DNA of 64,000 nucleotides from the NCBI GenBank assembly GCA_035084275.1, contig CM068764.1:7936001-8000000 (forward strand), given 5' to 3'. Shown here piece by piece: positions 36,430-50,300 of this stretch; within the stretch, counting starts at the first letter, position 1, and each line of letters starts with the position of its first letter. The translations under genes were made by a program, and so were the position numbers. The stretch comes from Hydrolagus colliei (Eukaryota). The notes beneath the pieces were generated by a model, which saw only the letters and a program-made list of their open reading frames with translations, had not been told where the DNA came from and did no database searches.

Positions 36430-36765
36430 TCTAAGTTTCCTTACTCACTTATTAATTTACTTACCTACCCCCCCCACCCCCCAACACACACACCCTCCTC
36501 CTCCTCCTCATTATTATTAATAATAATCCCTCAAAACAAAAACTCACGCAATATTAATACTGATAATAAATTGGTGCCTTCAACCCGCGACTGTTTGCAG
36601 TCTGCGCGCCATCGGCTGGCTGGCTGGCTGGCTCGCTGTCTGCCTGCCGCGTTTCGCTCACAGTCGATTCCCTTCCACACGGTATTATATTCCCGCCAAG
36701 GGCGCCTCCAGACGTCTCGAAGGCGCGATAAGGCGCTGAGTTCAGATGCAAGGCGTATGTATTAC
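36430..36765 (+). mobile_element. Degenerate Deu-core SINE just after the protease stop; contains AATAAA at 36565-36570
   Basis: AAGTTTCCTTACTC, CGACTGTTTGC..., GCCGCGTTTCGC and CAGACGTCTCGAAGGCGCGATAAGGCGCT...GATGCAAGG. Confidence 0.6.
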
Positions 36766-38304
36766 TGCCATTGCTATTTGGGGGTTATCGTGACGGCTTG
36801 GGAGGCGCCGCGCAGAGCAGAACGATTTCTTGAAATGGAATCGCGGATCAACCCGAAACACTTGATCCATATTTCTTTCACCCGCCTGTGAATGAGACTG
36901 AATAACCCAGGATACTGCGCACACACACACACACACACACTGTAAAAAGATGAGCCCCCGAGAATCATCCTCATCTCTTTTCGTAGCCTCTGGGTCAGAA
37001 GGCTGACCGTTTCGGACTGACATTGGAAACTCACTGCTGGTCAAAGCTGAGCCTCCAATGCAGCACTGGGGGGTGGGGGGTGCGTTGTAGGTGCCGTCCT
37101 TCAGGTGAGATGTTTAACTGACGTCGCAGGCGATGAAAGATCACAGGGTATTTTTAGAAAACAGATTCTCTCTAACGGTGTCTTGGCCGGCAAGCTGTCC
37201 AGGTGAAACAGCTGTGACCTCGACGAGAGCTGTCTCCGTGCTGCGGGACGGGCTCGCACAGGGAGTGGCCGAAAGGGCAGGCTTGAATGCGTTATTTGAA
37301 GTGATCCAGGGATTTAGCAGCGACTTTATTTTTCCCCCTGAGGGGATTGTTGCCATGGAACTTTAACATTCACAAAGACAGCCGGGCAGGACTTTAGTTT
37401 GACGTCTGATCCAAAGGACGGCACCCTGTGTTAATGGCATTGGATTGTGTGAATCTAAAGCCGGGACACGAACTACAGGTTTGAAAAATTGTAAAGCTAC
37501 TTTTCAAGCATTTGAGTTTCATCTGCTCATATCGTCAATAATCAGAAATTGGATACTATCAGTTTAGAATTTTTAAAAATGGGAGCCATACAGTCATGTA
37601 GTCGCTTCAGAAGTGAAATCCGAGCAGGCCGTCTGTACATATTTGGCTTTTTGATTGTCTGCATTACCAAGTATGGATCAAATATAACTGACCTGTTTTG
37701 AGGAGATTGAGCAGCATCCAGAATATAAAATAATTTTATTTGGGAGTTTAAAAGCATGATATTCACAAAGGAGAAGTATGGCTGGTAACTGGAACCACGT
37801 CACGAGAACCCTCTTATTAGTAGGTTATTGCGAAACATACCCAGTCACCATTGAGACTCACGGCACTATTAGTGGTGACTCAAATTATGAATATCTCATT
37901 TCGGATCCAATCGCTACAAAATCTACAAATTCTTGTTTACCAGTGAAATGAACTGATCCAGCACATGCTCTAATATATAAAAGGATATATGAACATCAGG
38001 GGGAAAAGTACAAAGATAAAAGTGATCCCTTGTCTGCAGGGTTCAGCTCTTGACAAGGCTGCAATCCAAAAAACCTCAGCTGCAAATGCTGTCCATGTGT
38101 GCTGGCAGAACAGGGAGCCAATGATTCCATTCTTCAGCTAAACGTTCACCCCCCCCACCCCCCAAATTGTACTGAAGTTCGGAGGTCTTCTGCTTTTGCT
38201 GATAAAACATTGAAGCTTCAATTGCCCCTTCACTTCTCGACAGCCCATGCTGCACCACACTTTTGATCTTCACAAGCGCAGATCGCGTTTTAGCGGTCCT
38301 CGTA

Positions 38305-41300
38305 CTATACTCCGATAGAAGCTGTATTGATTATTTCCAGAAAGGTTGCTTCAACACACTGGCAGAGCTGAACCTCTGGGTCAACGCTCTCTGGTCCAGG
38401 AGGCTCCCCTTTCTTAACCGGGTCTGAAGCTGCTTCTCGACAGAGATGAATGCCCCCCTCTGTTCTCTCCTTTAGGTATTTGAGACCTGCAGAAAATAAG
38501 TCACATCCAAATGAGAGAACGAATGTACATTTTGAACAAACAATACCTTATTCTTGAAAATGAAAGCTTTTTTTTAAAAAAAAAACATGCTAGATGTTTT
38601 TGGCCACCTTCATTCTGGTTGATAATTTGAACACTTGTTAACAACAACAATAACAACTTAGATTTATATAGCGCCCTCACTCCATGCCAGACAATGTCTC
38701 AGAGCGCTTCATAATAACGGATCGCAGGGCCAAGCCAGGGAGAGGGGGGGGGAAAGTAACCAAAAGACTGGGGTAACTGGGGAGCAAAGTAGGCGCCGAT
38801 GGGAGCCAAGCATTAAGGCTTCAGACTTAATGTTATCTGGAGAAAGTTATCAGAACTCATCCAGGACTTGATGAAACAAGACAACCAGAACCCAAGGTGG
38901 GAACTGCCAGTGGACAGAGAGGCTAATGATGTCTGTTGACTTCACCAGACCTCTCGCCAACGTGATAAAAGTACTATATTCACTATAGCGATCAGTAGAA
39001 CTAAATGAAACTAAATGAGCGATATTTCTAGCCAACAATTGGTTGCAGTGGAGAGATATAGAATCAGAATCTTGCAGCACAAAAGGCAGTCATTCAACCC
39101 AACATTTATGGATCTGCTCAGTAGTCAAATCTATAAATCAGCAATTGAGCAGGTGATACATACGTGTAATGATGGGGTCAATATCCGGAGCCTGAGTGGC
39201 AACATGTGAGGCACAAACTTGTCCAATTTGGATCAGTAATGAGGTTACATCATCATACAGCGGAGGAAATGCTCGACAGAAGGATATTAAACAGGGCAAC
39301 GTTGGCATGAAGAATGCAAATCGCTTGGCTTGGGTCAGAACTGTCGATGGAAAACACAATACAATACAAAATAAACTCTTTGCTTTACACTCTTTTCAAT
39401 ATGAAAGTTGAATGTGTGCCAGTTTTGTGCTCCTTTCTTATCGCTGAATACACCTCCCTTTAAAAGCATATGCAACTAGGGATAGACTAAGTGTTGTTCC
39501 TATGCATTTTCCCCCAATGATCAGAGGAGATTTGAGTGAAACCTGTGAGCAGGTCGCCCACCTTCTTACATAAGAAATGCTAGATTAAAAAAAGCCAACG
39601 TTCATCTTGTTCGCCTTCCACATTCCTGGCAGTCGCATGCACATATGTCCTGAACTACTGCTGTACTATATCCCATAACATTATTTCCCCTTAACTGAAG
39701 TTAACAATAAGAGAGACCTTACAAAGGGCAAAAGCACACACAAATGCCCTAAGCACATCCTCACGTACCTTTATACAATGCATGAAAAATTTAATCAGAC
39801 AATTTAATCGGTAAAAGACATGCCCGGGCCTCACCTGTCAGGATTGTTTGCATGACATTTATAGATAGACGAGCAACACTGAGAGATTTGGGTAAGGCAT
39901 ACTGGATGCACAAGTGGGATAACAGCTGGATTGCGAAGATCTGAAGAGAGACAAAAATCATTCTGTTACAATTATAATACATCAAAAGACCGAGGCCTCC
40001 AGATGCCTTAGTGAATTTCAAAAAGAGCATCATTTTTAGGAGAGATGAGGGGTGCTTCAAACCCACAACTCCTCAAAGAAAAACATTACGTGAACCGTGA
40101 CGGGTGATGGACAGAGCACCTGATGATCATGATTCCACTGATGCAAGTTTCACAAAACTCATACATTGCACAAGTCATATTAAATGTTTGCCCCCAACGG
40201 ATAAAAGATTTATGTGATGCTCACTGTAATGCAAAGGATTTGAGGGAAACCTGAAGCTGGAGACATGGAGATATTAGACTCGCTCTGAATTCGAGGAATG
40301 CTGCAGCTGTTATGGTCGAACACAATTTAAAACTTGAACGTAGATATTTATTGGTAGCACAGACTGCATTCAAAAAATTATTATTTTTTAAACGCATTAT
40401 TTTTGTTTTCTGCTCCATTTACGCACAAGGGATGAGGAAAAAAAAGTACTGAAAATACTTTAGTTCAGCAACTTTCATGCAGCTTCAGTTTGCCTGAGGC
40501 TTGAGGGCAACAGCCGGGACCACTCTCTCTAACAGGAAATGGTGCATAATCTTGAGAGATCAATAGAGATTACGGGCAGGGGGCAACATTTCAAAATCAG
40601 AGCTCAAATGGTTGGAACCGAGGTCAGGAAGCATTTCTTCACCCAGGGATACGGAACGCTCTGTACCAGATACCACAGGGGCCAAATCAACAAGAGATAC
40701 TTTGAAAGAGAAATAAACTGAGAGACTTGGGTTGTAGAGGGCAATAGGGGTAGATGTAAAGCTCGGGGCACCCCACAAATATAGTCAATTCACGTTACAG
40801 TTTATTCTGTGAAACGCTTTGAGACATCTAGAAGATGTGAAAAGTGCTAGATCAAATGCAAGGATTATTATTATGGGCATTGAGAATAAAAGATTTGACA
40901 AGATATAATAAATACAACAACAAAATATTTCTAGAGCGCCTTTCACATCAGGAGGATGTCCCAAGTCGCTGAAAATAAGCTTGATGGGCTAAATGGCATG
41001 CTTGGGCTCTTGGTTTTGATGTTCTTTAATGGATTTTATAAACCTGAAAGGATAATATTTACCTGTTTCTCTAGCTGAGGCTGTGCTAAGAGCTCTGGGA
41101 TGAAATCTAGGCAGATGTGCATAGAGGGTATTCCAGCCACTGTCAAGGGCAGCAATTGACTCGGGTAACCCTGTTCAAGCAAAACCCACAAAATTAAAAT
41201 TCTCATTTCACCAAGCCATGGAGCTAAGACCATCATTTTCACCATGTATTATTATGACTACTGTACAGTACACTTAGTCGTCGCTTAACTTCGCAGTTAC

Positions 41301-44300
41301 GTTTGCGAAAAGGGAGACTTTAAGCAAATCGCACAAGAATATCGCTCATTCAGCATCTATGTATGCCTACGCTATCCAAAGTAATTTGTTTCCACCCGCG
41401 CGTAAGATGTAACAGCGAAAGTCACGACGTTAAATGAATTATGTTCCCTTTGTATCAGCAACGTAATAATGAAACGTTGACTAAAGCAATGTTAAGCGAG
41501 CTATACTTGTCTCAGCTTGTCCTATCTCAGCTTTCACTCACCATTTATACAGCAGCACAAGTCATCAGTTTTATTTATCTCAAGTTTTAAAAAAAAGTAT
41601 TCCCAACTATTTATATCACACCTTTCAATAGAATTTAATACTACAAGTGCTAATACTAAAATAACACCCCATTGAATAGAATTGAATAGAAAATACTACC
41701 TGAAAGTGAACCAGTTTGGCAATGTTAGGGTCTGCAATAAACATCTGATGCAAAAGACAGCAGATAAGACACTGAACCTCCCGGAGATTGCTCAATAAAT
41801 TCTCCTGACGGTTCTCAGATGAGCTGGATGACTTTCGGACTCCGGCTGCGCCGTTAGCATTCGTCTCAGCGGGTAAGCAAATCTCCAGCAGAATCTGAAC
41901 AGCCGCACTGTCCTGTCAAGAAAACGTACTTGTCATTGGGTGTCAAAAACAACTTGGATTTATATAGCGCCCTCACTCCACGCCAGGCGGCGTCTCAGAG
42001 CGCTTCGTAATAACGGATCCTGGGGTCGAGCCATGGAGGGAAACAACAATAACTTGCACTTATCAGAAGCGCATATTAACCAATAAGATAGGTGATCATC
42101 CCAGTAAATCTCACATTCAAATTGCTTCTATTGTTGGTATTTTTTTTAAATGTAGTGATCACATTACAATCTCTTTCCACTGCATTTTTGTCATCTTTCT
42201 CCCACTCTGGCAATGTGGTGCTGCTGCCTCATCTGCCTAATCTAATGATAATGTTGATGATGCAGTTGATATTAATTAACAACACCAAGTACCAAGAACT
42301 CCCTGGGAGACTCGCAGACAGCAGAATAGCTCAGCGTGAATTACACATAAGAGCTTGGCTAACATCCTCCAACCTTCGGATCGGCTGACGAAAGCTGACG
42401 CTCACCCACTCACCAATCACTCAATAGACCAAGGCAAAATAATGGCATCAGAGAGCATTGTGGAGTCCGTCTAGCTTGGTGGTTAGAGTACTCGCATTAC
42501 AAGCATGAGACCCGTGCTTTGAATCCAGGGTCAGGGCATATTATTATCAAGACCAGAACAGAATTGTGCGGATGATTTGGTGTTTACCTGTGCTGAGAAC
42601 AAGGCGTTTTTCAATTCCTCTCTCGTGACCTCTGGGGCTTCAGGCTGTCCCATTAACCCAATGCTATTGCTCTGGTATGGCTTGCTGTCCTGCTCCATGT
42701 TTTCCTTCAGATGAGCATTCAGGTAGGCCTTTGAAGCGAGAAGGTAGCCATTGAGCATGTGCAGAGTGATGTCCATTAAAGAGGGGCACCTGGAGTCCAC
42801 AAAATGGGCACAATTACAAGAACAATTCAATGGTCCCATCGAAACCGCTTGAAATAACTAACATGTTCAGTCAACCACGGCAGCGTTCTTAACAATTGGT
42901 TGGAGCCCGGGGCTCACCTGTACACTCGACGGTCGCATCGCAATACAATCAGCGGGTCGATCATCAGGTCATTCTGTGTGTACTTCTGCTGTCTGAGTAG
43001 CTTGGCTTTCGGCTGCAATGCATTCACGGTCATCACCCACAGCCTTCGGAAACATGAATGGGGTTTTAAAAACCAGCGTTGATTGGTAATCCACGGAAAC
43101 GGCTCCGGCGAACTTTGCTACAATAAACTCCCCCAAATGCCCCAGGAAGGAACCGGAGAAATTTACGGTAACAGAAGAAGGCCATTTGCCTGTGCTGGGT
43201 CTCTGAAATATAATCTTTTCTACCACATTTTCATGCCATTTTACCATGCCTCTGTAATCAACTTTTTTTTTACAAAAGGTGTGTCTAGTTCCCTCTTGAA
43301 GGCCAATATGGAATCTGCCTCCCTTCAGGACATTCCATATCATAACTGCACGTTAAAAAAAATCTCCTGATCTCCCTATTTGTTCATTTGTTCCAGCCGA
43401 CGTGAGAGGCGCTATTGTTCTATGTTAAACTCGATGCCTCTCTGGTTACTGATTCACCAACCAGCGGACATAAGTCCTTGCAATTGAGCATCAAAATCCC
43501 TCGTCATTATTTTAAAGACCTCGTTTGGAGGTCTCACCCCTTAACCTTCTTTGTACAGTACCAGCAGGAAACAAAAAATTCTGTTCCCATCTCTGTTCAA
43601 AGGCCAAACCCATCTCTGGCAACATCCTAATGAGGATGTTTACCAATATCATTAATAATAGTTCACCCACCTCCTCGGCATCACGGTATTGAGAATCATC
43701 CAGAGCTTGTTGACCGTCTGTAAGATCCGTTGGGGAACACCCGACTCCAGCAGTCGGTACAAGTCTGACATCAATTCCTCAGCGTAAGGGATCAGCTGGC
43801 TCGCTGTCAATAGCGTCAGATCCTCCAAGACCTGCATCAGTTGTGTGTGATTGGCAGGGACCATTTGGAAGGCTGGTAATAAGATGGCAATTATAATTAA
43901 GCGGGCCAACCTGTCTCTGTTGTTAGCACACTCGGCTCCAAGTCAGTCAGAGGATATGGGATTAAGCCCCAAGTCAGGAATGTGAAGTCACTCCAGTATA
44001 CGAGTAATTTTGCGTTTGCTTTTAAGAGCCTACCTTCTTGCAGTTGTGTTGGCGAGTGTCGTTTGGCCTGACTAGTCAACAGCATCCTGCTCAGCAAAGC
44101 ATCCGTGCCAGTCACCTCCTCCTCACACATCCAATCATCCACCATGCACAGATGAGGGTAGTTTGTAGCCAGCAGACGCAACAGTGCAGAGTGCAAACCT
44201 ACAGAGGAGGAGAGTAGCATTCGAGTTCAAGTTCCACTTTTCAGTGATAACAATCCTTGTATTTAATATAGCACTTTTACGTCGTGAGGATACCTCAAAA

Positions 44301-47300
44301 ACCACCATGTAGACTTTGACTATTTTATTCGGGGAAGATTGTTGAGGAGAAGCCAGAGAGAAAACTCCCCTCCACTTCTCAAATAGTTTCATGGGGTCTT
44401 TAAGAAAGTGTGCATTAGGCTTTGCATCTGTCCTCGTTTAAGAGTAACAGGGCAGATATTTGATAGAACACATAACGTTCATGACACAGTGCCCAACATG
44501 TGACTTGAGAAGCCACAACATTCTGACTCAAAGTACTGTTCTACTGAAGGAGCCTGGATGACACCAAGTCTTGTATTAAAACTGTATGGCTGGATGCTTT
44601 GTTCATGTTGGGAAAAGGGGGCTGCAATCTGTGGATCCTACTGCACACTAAAGTTCTTACGTAAGTGTTCGTCCCATACCTCCTAGCTCCTGTTGGCGCT
44701 CTTGTGCCTGACGAATCAAGTATTTGATTGGAATTTGGTCCATTAGTGCTGAAGAATAGGACTTGAGTTTCTTTTTCGCTGTTGCTATTTAAAAAAAAGT
44801 AAGATTAAAAGTACGAGTTAGTGCAAGTCTGAGCAAGGACAATACAGAAATCCACCAGTCTTGGCTCAAACAATTTGGATTGGTTAATATTTAAGATACA
44901 GTTGATATAGATGATACATTATGAGATACATTCATATGGTTCTCTGGCTCAATGGGAAGAGTCCGAACCGCTCTTACCACTGCTCAATTTGACATATAAG
45001 TAAAAACATTGTAACTTTAAGATCCTTAAGACTACAGAGAAGACTGTATCCTTGTTCCTGTACGGAAGAGATGTAAAGGTTTTCCTGAGGCGAAAGAGGA
45101 GATTCCAATCCTTCGGTAAACATAAAATCATCTTTTTATCAATACTTTGCCTAGAGATCTGTGCCAGACTTCAAGAAGTCTGCATCTCACACCACCTGAC
45201 ACTGAGAACTGAAAACCTGTACTTATGTGGAGAAATCTGTAACCAAAAATAAATTAAAATTTCCATCAAGGAAAAAAAACACTTACCTAATGGTTTCGTA
45301 TTAGTTAACAGGATTTCCTCATATGAGAGTGTATAATATAGGACCAGGAGTTGGGCTGTGATACTATGCCGTTGTCGGAATCGGTTGTTTTCTCCCTGTG
45401 TACAAAAATTGAAAGATGAAATGTTTGCAAACTGGTAAAAGTAAAGCAGCCAGTTATGTTTCTAAATTCAGCTACATGAGGCTAGTGTGTGTGAATTTTT
45501 GTGTGGTGGGCGGGTGGGGGGGGGGGGGGGGGAGGTTTGGTCTGGGGCTAGTGATTTACTGTATTTTATGGATGGTGGAGCTGGGGAGACAAGCGAGGAG
45601 GGCATTTAAATAGTTGAGGCGCGAGGTGCCGAATGCGTGCGTCTGCGGTAAAATATGGTTGGAAGTGGGCAATGTGGCGGAGTTGGAAGAAGGCAGTCCT
45701 GCTCAGGGATTGGATGTGGGGTAGGAAGCCTAACTGTGGTTTCTGCTACCTTTGCAAACCCTACACATCCTTTTCCTTTCTTCGCTCAGCAAGCACTGGC
45801 CTGCTTCATGTCCCCCAAATGAATCAACAGGTTTTCAGCCTTTGTGCCCCGCTCTGTTACTCCACCCCACCGACTCACTCTCTCCCTCACCTTGTTCAAG
45901 AGATATACCTTTGACTGCATTTTCAGTCAACTTTCCCCTTCCCCACCCCTCTCAGCTCCCCCCAGCAGCTCAGGTGCTAAGCCACAATGTCCTCCCAATG
46001 TGAAAGGCACTATATAAATGCAGATTGGGGTCTATGGGGATTTACTTTAAGGCAGTTCCCCCCTTGATGCTCATCTCACCCAAGTAAGGCCATTAAATAC
46101 GCTGATGATCTCCTGCTCAGTGATGGGCTGGTTGGTGGCTTCTGGGTTAGCCTTGGATGCTGGAGTCAGGATGGAATTGATGTAAACGTCAATCAGAGGA
46201 ATTAGCTGAGGGTGCAGGGGTGTCACTGTTTCACACATCTGCTTGTAAATCCAGTCCTATAGAGAAACCCACAAGTCATCTTAAAAGCACGGTTTATTCT
46301 CAACAACTTTCAAAAGAAATATTAATTACTGTTCGTCGAAATTTAAAGTACAGAAGGAGGCCATTTGGACCATCAAGTCTACACCTGTCTAAGAGTTAAG
46401 GTATTCATTCAATCACAAGCTGTGTCTTATCCCCATACTTCTTAGTTTTTTTCTTTCATATACGTGTCTTAATCAAAGGCTCTCACTCACCTTGATGGAG
46501 ACCTTGTGTTTCGTGAAAGCACGACTCCTCAGCAGTTGGTATATGCAGTGTATTGGGAGGAAACCGGTGATGGTAGCACTTAGGTTACTCGTTACAGGCA
46601 CTCGAACAGCATGAGCTGTTACCACCTAAAATAGAGGGGGGGGGGGAAAAATACAAAAGTTTCAAAATCAATATGGATTTATAATATGCTCATCAAGTTG
46701 ATAATTGTGGAACATTAAAAGTACATTTGACAAGATGTTATACTAACAGATTGAGGCAGAGTGAACGAGCTAGGCTGGCATTTGCAGGTTCCTAAACTGA
46801 GACAGAAGATAGCCACCGGTTTCTATTAAATCAAGTGGTAGGCTGGCTCAGTTTGTAACACTGTTATGCCGAGGGTAGATTGCAAGATTAAACCCAGGTT
46901 GGGCATTAGACTGATGCCAGAGGGAAGAGGAGAGATAGTAGACTGGGCATATCCCTTATGCTCTGAGATCTAGACTTGCTCACATCTGAATACTAATAAT
47001 ACTAATAATCCTTACATTTGATATAGTGCTTTTCAAGTCTTCTAGACTTCTCATAGTGCTTCACAGAATATACTGTAAATTGACAAAATTTGTGGGCGAA
47101 ACGTGGCAGCCAATTGCGCACAACAACAACAACTTTGATTTATACAGCATCCTCTACGCCGGACAGCGTCTCAAGAACGCAAGCAGTGTCCCCACACAGT
47201 TGTGGATTCAAATTACCAGATTGTTATTATAGTGGTTTTTTTGGAGGGATTATTATTATTCGTGTGTCACTGACATCCTGCTCCAAGATTTCAGATAAAA

Positions 47301-50300
47301 TAAACCCAAAGTGCGTGAGTAAGTTTACTCACTTGCTCTGTAAAGATTTCCTGTGTGAAGATGGTTTTCATTCTGTTCAGTGAGCTTGATTTAATTGCAA
47401 TCTAAGGACAGAAATCATAAGCAGGTTATGCACACTACTCTTCGGGTGAGATTTTAGTTGTAGCCAACACAGCAGAACGGTGGATTCAAACATACCTTCA
47501 TCCCCAGAGTGGAGCAGACCAAATCGATGATGGCACTGAGCTGGTTGCTGTGAAAATACATTGCGACCAAAAGCAGCATCTCACCAAAAGAAGCAGACAC
47601 ACCTGTAGTGCTGGGATACACACAAGAGAAAATGGGAGAATTAATTCTCCTATTAAGTAATTCCAAGCCAATCATGATACTTTCAACCTAAAGGTCAGTT
47701 CCTCAAGGGTACTCCTAAGGATACAATTCATATTGTAATCACATTCAGGATTAAACTGACTAACGATTTATACACATTGGTGCAGTGACCAATATTTAAC
47801 CTCACCTCTCAAAATACGCTTCCTCTCTGATCATCCAACTCAACCACATCACAGTCATTTGTTCCTGTTCGGGGGTGCTGCAAACAAAGGTTAACGTCAG
47901 CATAAATCTCTGAACGTAAAAGTGAAAACATGCAGTTAACTTCTTTAGTAGCTTGTAAATAAAATATTTCAATACACTGCTAGAGCAAAGCATGAGAAAA
48001 TATGACTATTATTATTGAACGCTTACCTGACCAGGCTTGGAAAGGCCAACAGCATGCAGAAAGAGAGGGAGACAAAGCGGACCCCAGCTGGAGTTGTTGG
48101 CGGACGGCTCGTCATCAACTGTAAGAGCTGCTCCGCCTCCTCGTCAGTTGGCCTAGACAAGTCCACAAACGAGACAGTATTACATCAAGACCGCAGACCA
48201 GCGGATCAAAACATCAATGACGTGCGAGACGAGAAAAAAAATAGGTCGGTAAAGCAAACAATGCAGTGACTTTAAAGGATGAGCCACTCAAAAATAACCT
48301 ATAAATAAAATTTGGTCATTTCAATCCACGACTGTTTGTGGGGGGACTCAGCTGTGTGATTCCAGCCCTCCGTTGGCACTCTTAGAAGTCCTTATGCAGG
48401 TTGATATCCAGTGCTACATATTCATGTGCCAATCAAAGCCCTGACAAAGATTGCATGGAGTGATATAGCTCAGGATCAGGCTGTTTGACCTAACTAGTCT
48501 ATGACAGAGTTTATACTCCACATAAACCACACACCTCCTAATTGTATTGATAGCCAAACTAAAGCTACCCCAGCAGCTGGGCTCCAGTAAGATTTCTGTG
48601 CCTCAATCCCCCCAATTTATATTGTATTTCCTAGACCTCATCAGCACCAACGGATTATAAACCAGGCATGCCTACTTGAGACCAGCAATTCCCATGAGTG
48701 CACAGTAGAGTCGCAGGAGTGCGCTGGCCTTCACCACGTTCTCTTCCTTCAGTGCGGAGTACACGGATATGTTAGGCTCCATGTCCGTGTCCGCCGTGTC
48801 CTCGCCAAGACGGCCGCTGCTGACCGTGGGAAGAATCGCCATCAGCTCCAGCAACAACTGACGCCTCATCTGCCACAGCACCGAGCTGCTCATCTCTCGC
48901 TTCCGCTGTTCAGCAAAACACAGATTCCATGACTTCAAACACTGTTTTGGGGGATTGGGATTCAGCGAGCTGACTTGTAAGTACACTCGCTCAACATCGC
49001 AGTTGTGTTCACGAAAAGTGCGAATTTAACCAAAACAGCGAATACCGTCCTATGTACGCCGTGTGATATACAAAGTAGTTCATTTCCACCCGCGCGAACG
49101 ACATAATAGCGAACGTCCCGACTTTAAATGAATATATGTTCCCCTATGTATCAGCAACGTAATAATGAAACAATGTTGACCAAAGCTACATTAAGCAAGG
49201 TCTACCTGTATTGGTAATCTCTAAAATATCTTAAAACCTGTAGAATGTTGTGCTTTAACACTTTAAATGTTTTAAAATCTCGCCCCAGGCCTTATTATCA
49301 GTGCAGATTTATTTTGCTGCCACTTCCTGCTGCAGTCTGACATGTTATTGTTACTGTTAAATGTCTTTCCTCTGCTACCAAAATGTTTTTAGCATCACTA
49401 CAAAACACTTCTTTCTGCCCTCTAGTGGCACAGTGAGTTTGTTTGTATAGCTGAGTCTCGCATTCAATTACTGTACCTAATCTGTGCTGAGTTAGCTGAT
49501 CCGAGTTGGGAGTGCTATAATTGACTGCAGGTTCCTGGGAAGTGTTTGTGTGTGTGTGAGGAGGGAAAGAAACAAGCTAGGTTTCCTGCTTCAGATCAAC
49601 AACTGCCACTGGAGATTGAATGTGCTTGATTATCGGATGAGGGCAGGATTTCATTGTGAACTGTGCAGAATTTAAATAACTTGGCACGCTGAACAGTGAA
49701 AACTCTCAAGGCTAATGTTTTGCCTCTCGGGAATCCCCCTCGTGAGGCGAGTGCCCGAAGCAATATCCTACAGGACTCCCCCATGATTGCTTTCACTAAA
49801 CCAGTTTCCCCTCCAACTACAATTTAAAAAAAACTCAGGATAATTGTGTCGGAAAACCCGATTGATTTGTCGTCAGCTCCTTACCTGTTGGCCATTGCGG
49901 ATGAACATTCCAAACCAGGTCCTCACTTTTGCATTGGTCCCAAGCAATAAGCCGCTGACAAACGAGACAAGATCAGTCATTTGATCCTCAGACCCGTCAT
50001 TCTTACACTGATCTAATGTCAAAGCCACTCCAAGGCCTGGCAGGTGACACTCCTCTACCTGTCACCAATGCAGAATCATTATTGAAACAGGATCAATATT
50101 TTGAGAATTCAGAGCAAGGAAAAATGTAAGGATGATAATTTTAAAACTTTAAATAGGGACGAGAAAGTAAAATCCAGAACTGTACTTTCGGATGCTCCTA
50201 TACGTTGGATCACATCAACTGTGTGCAAGCATAAGTAGCATTGTGTGTATGAAAGCAGCTCTTACCACCATGGCTCGGATATTTGGGGCCTGGGTGGGAT

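Noticed and set aside
38305-38486. Apparent frameshift in the INTS2 last exon at the C-run near 38453
   Set aside because: Recounting six C bases gives a continuous frame to the conserved DPEVQLC...IINTASIGV stop.
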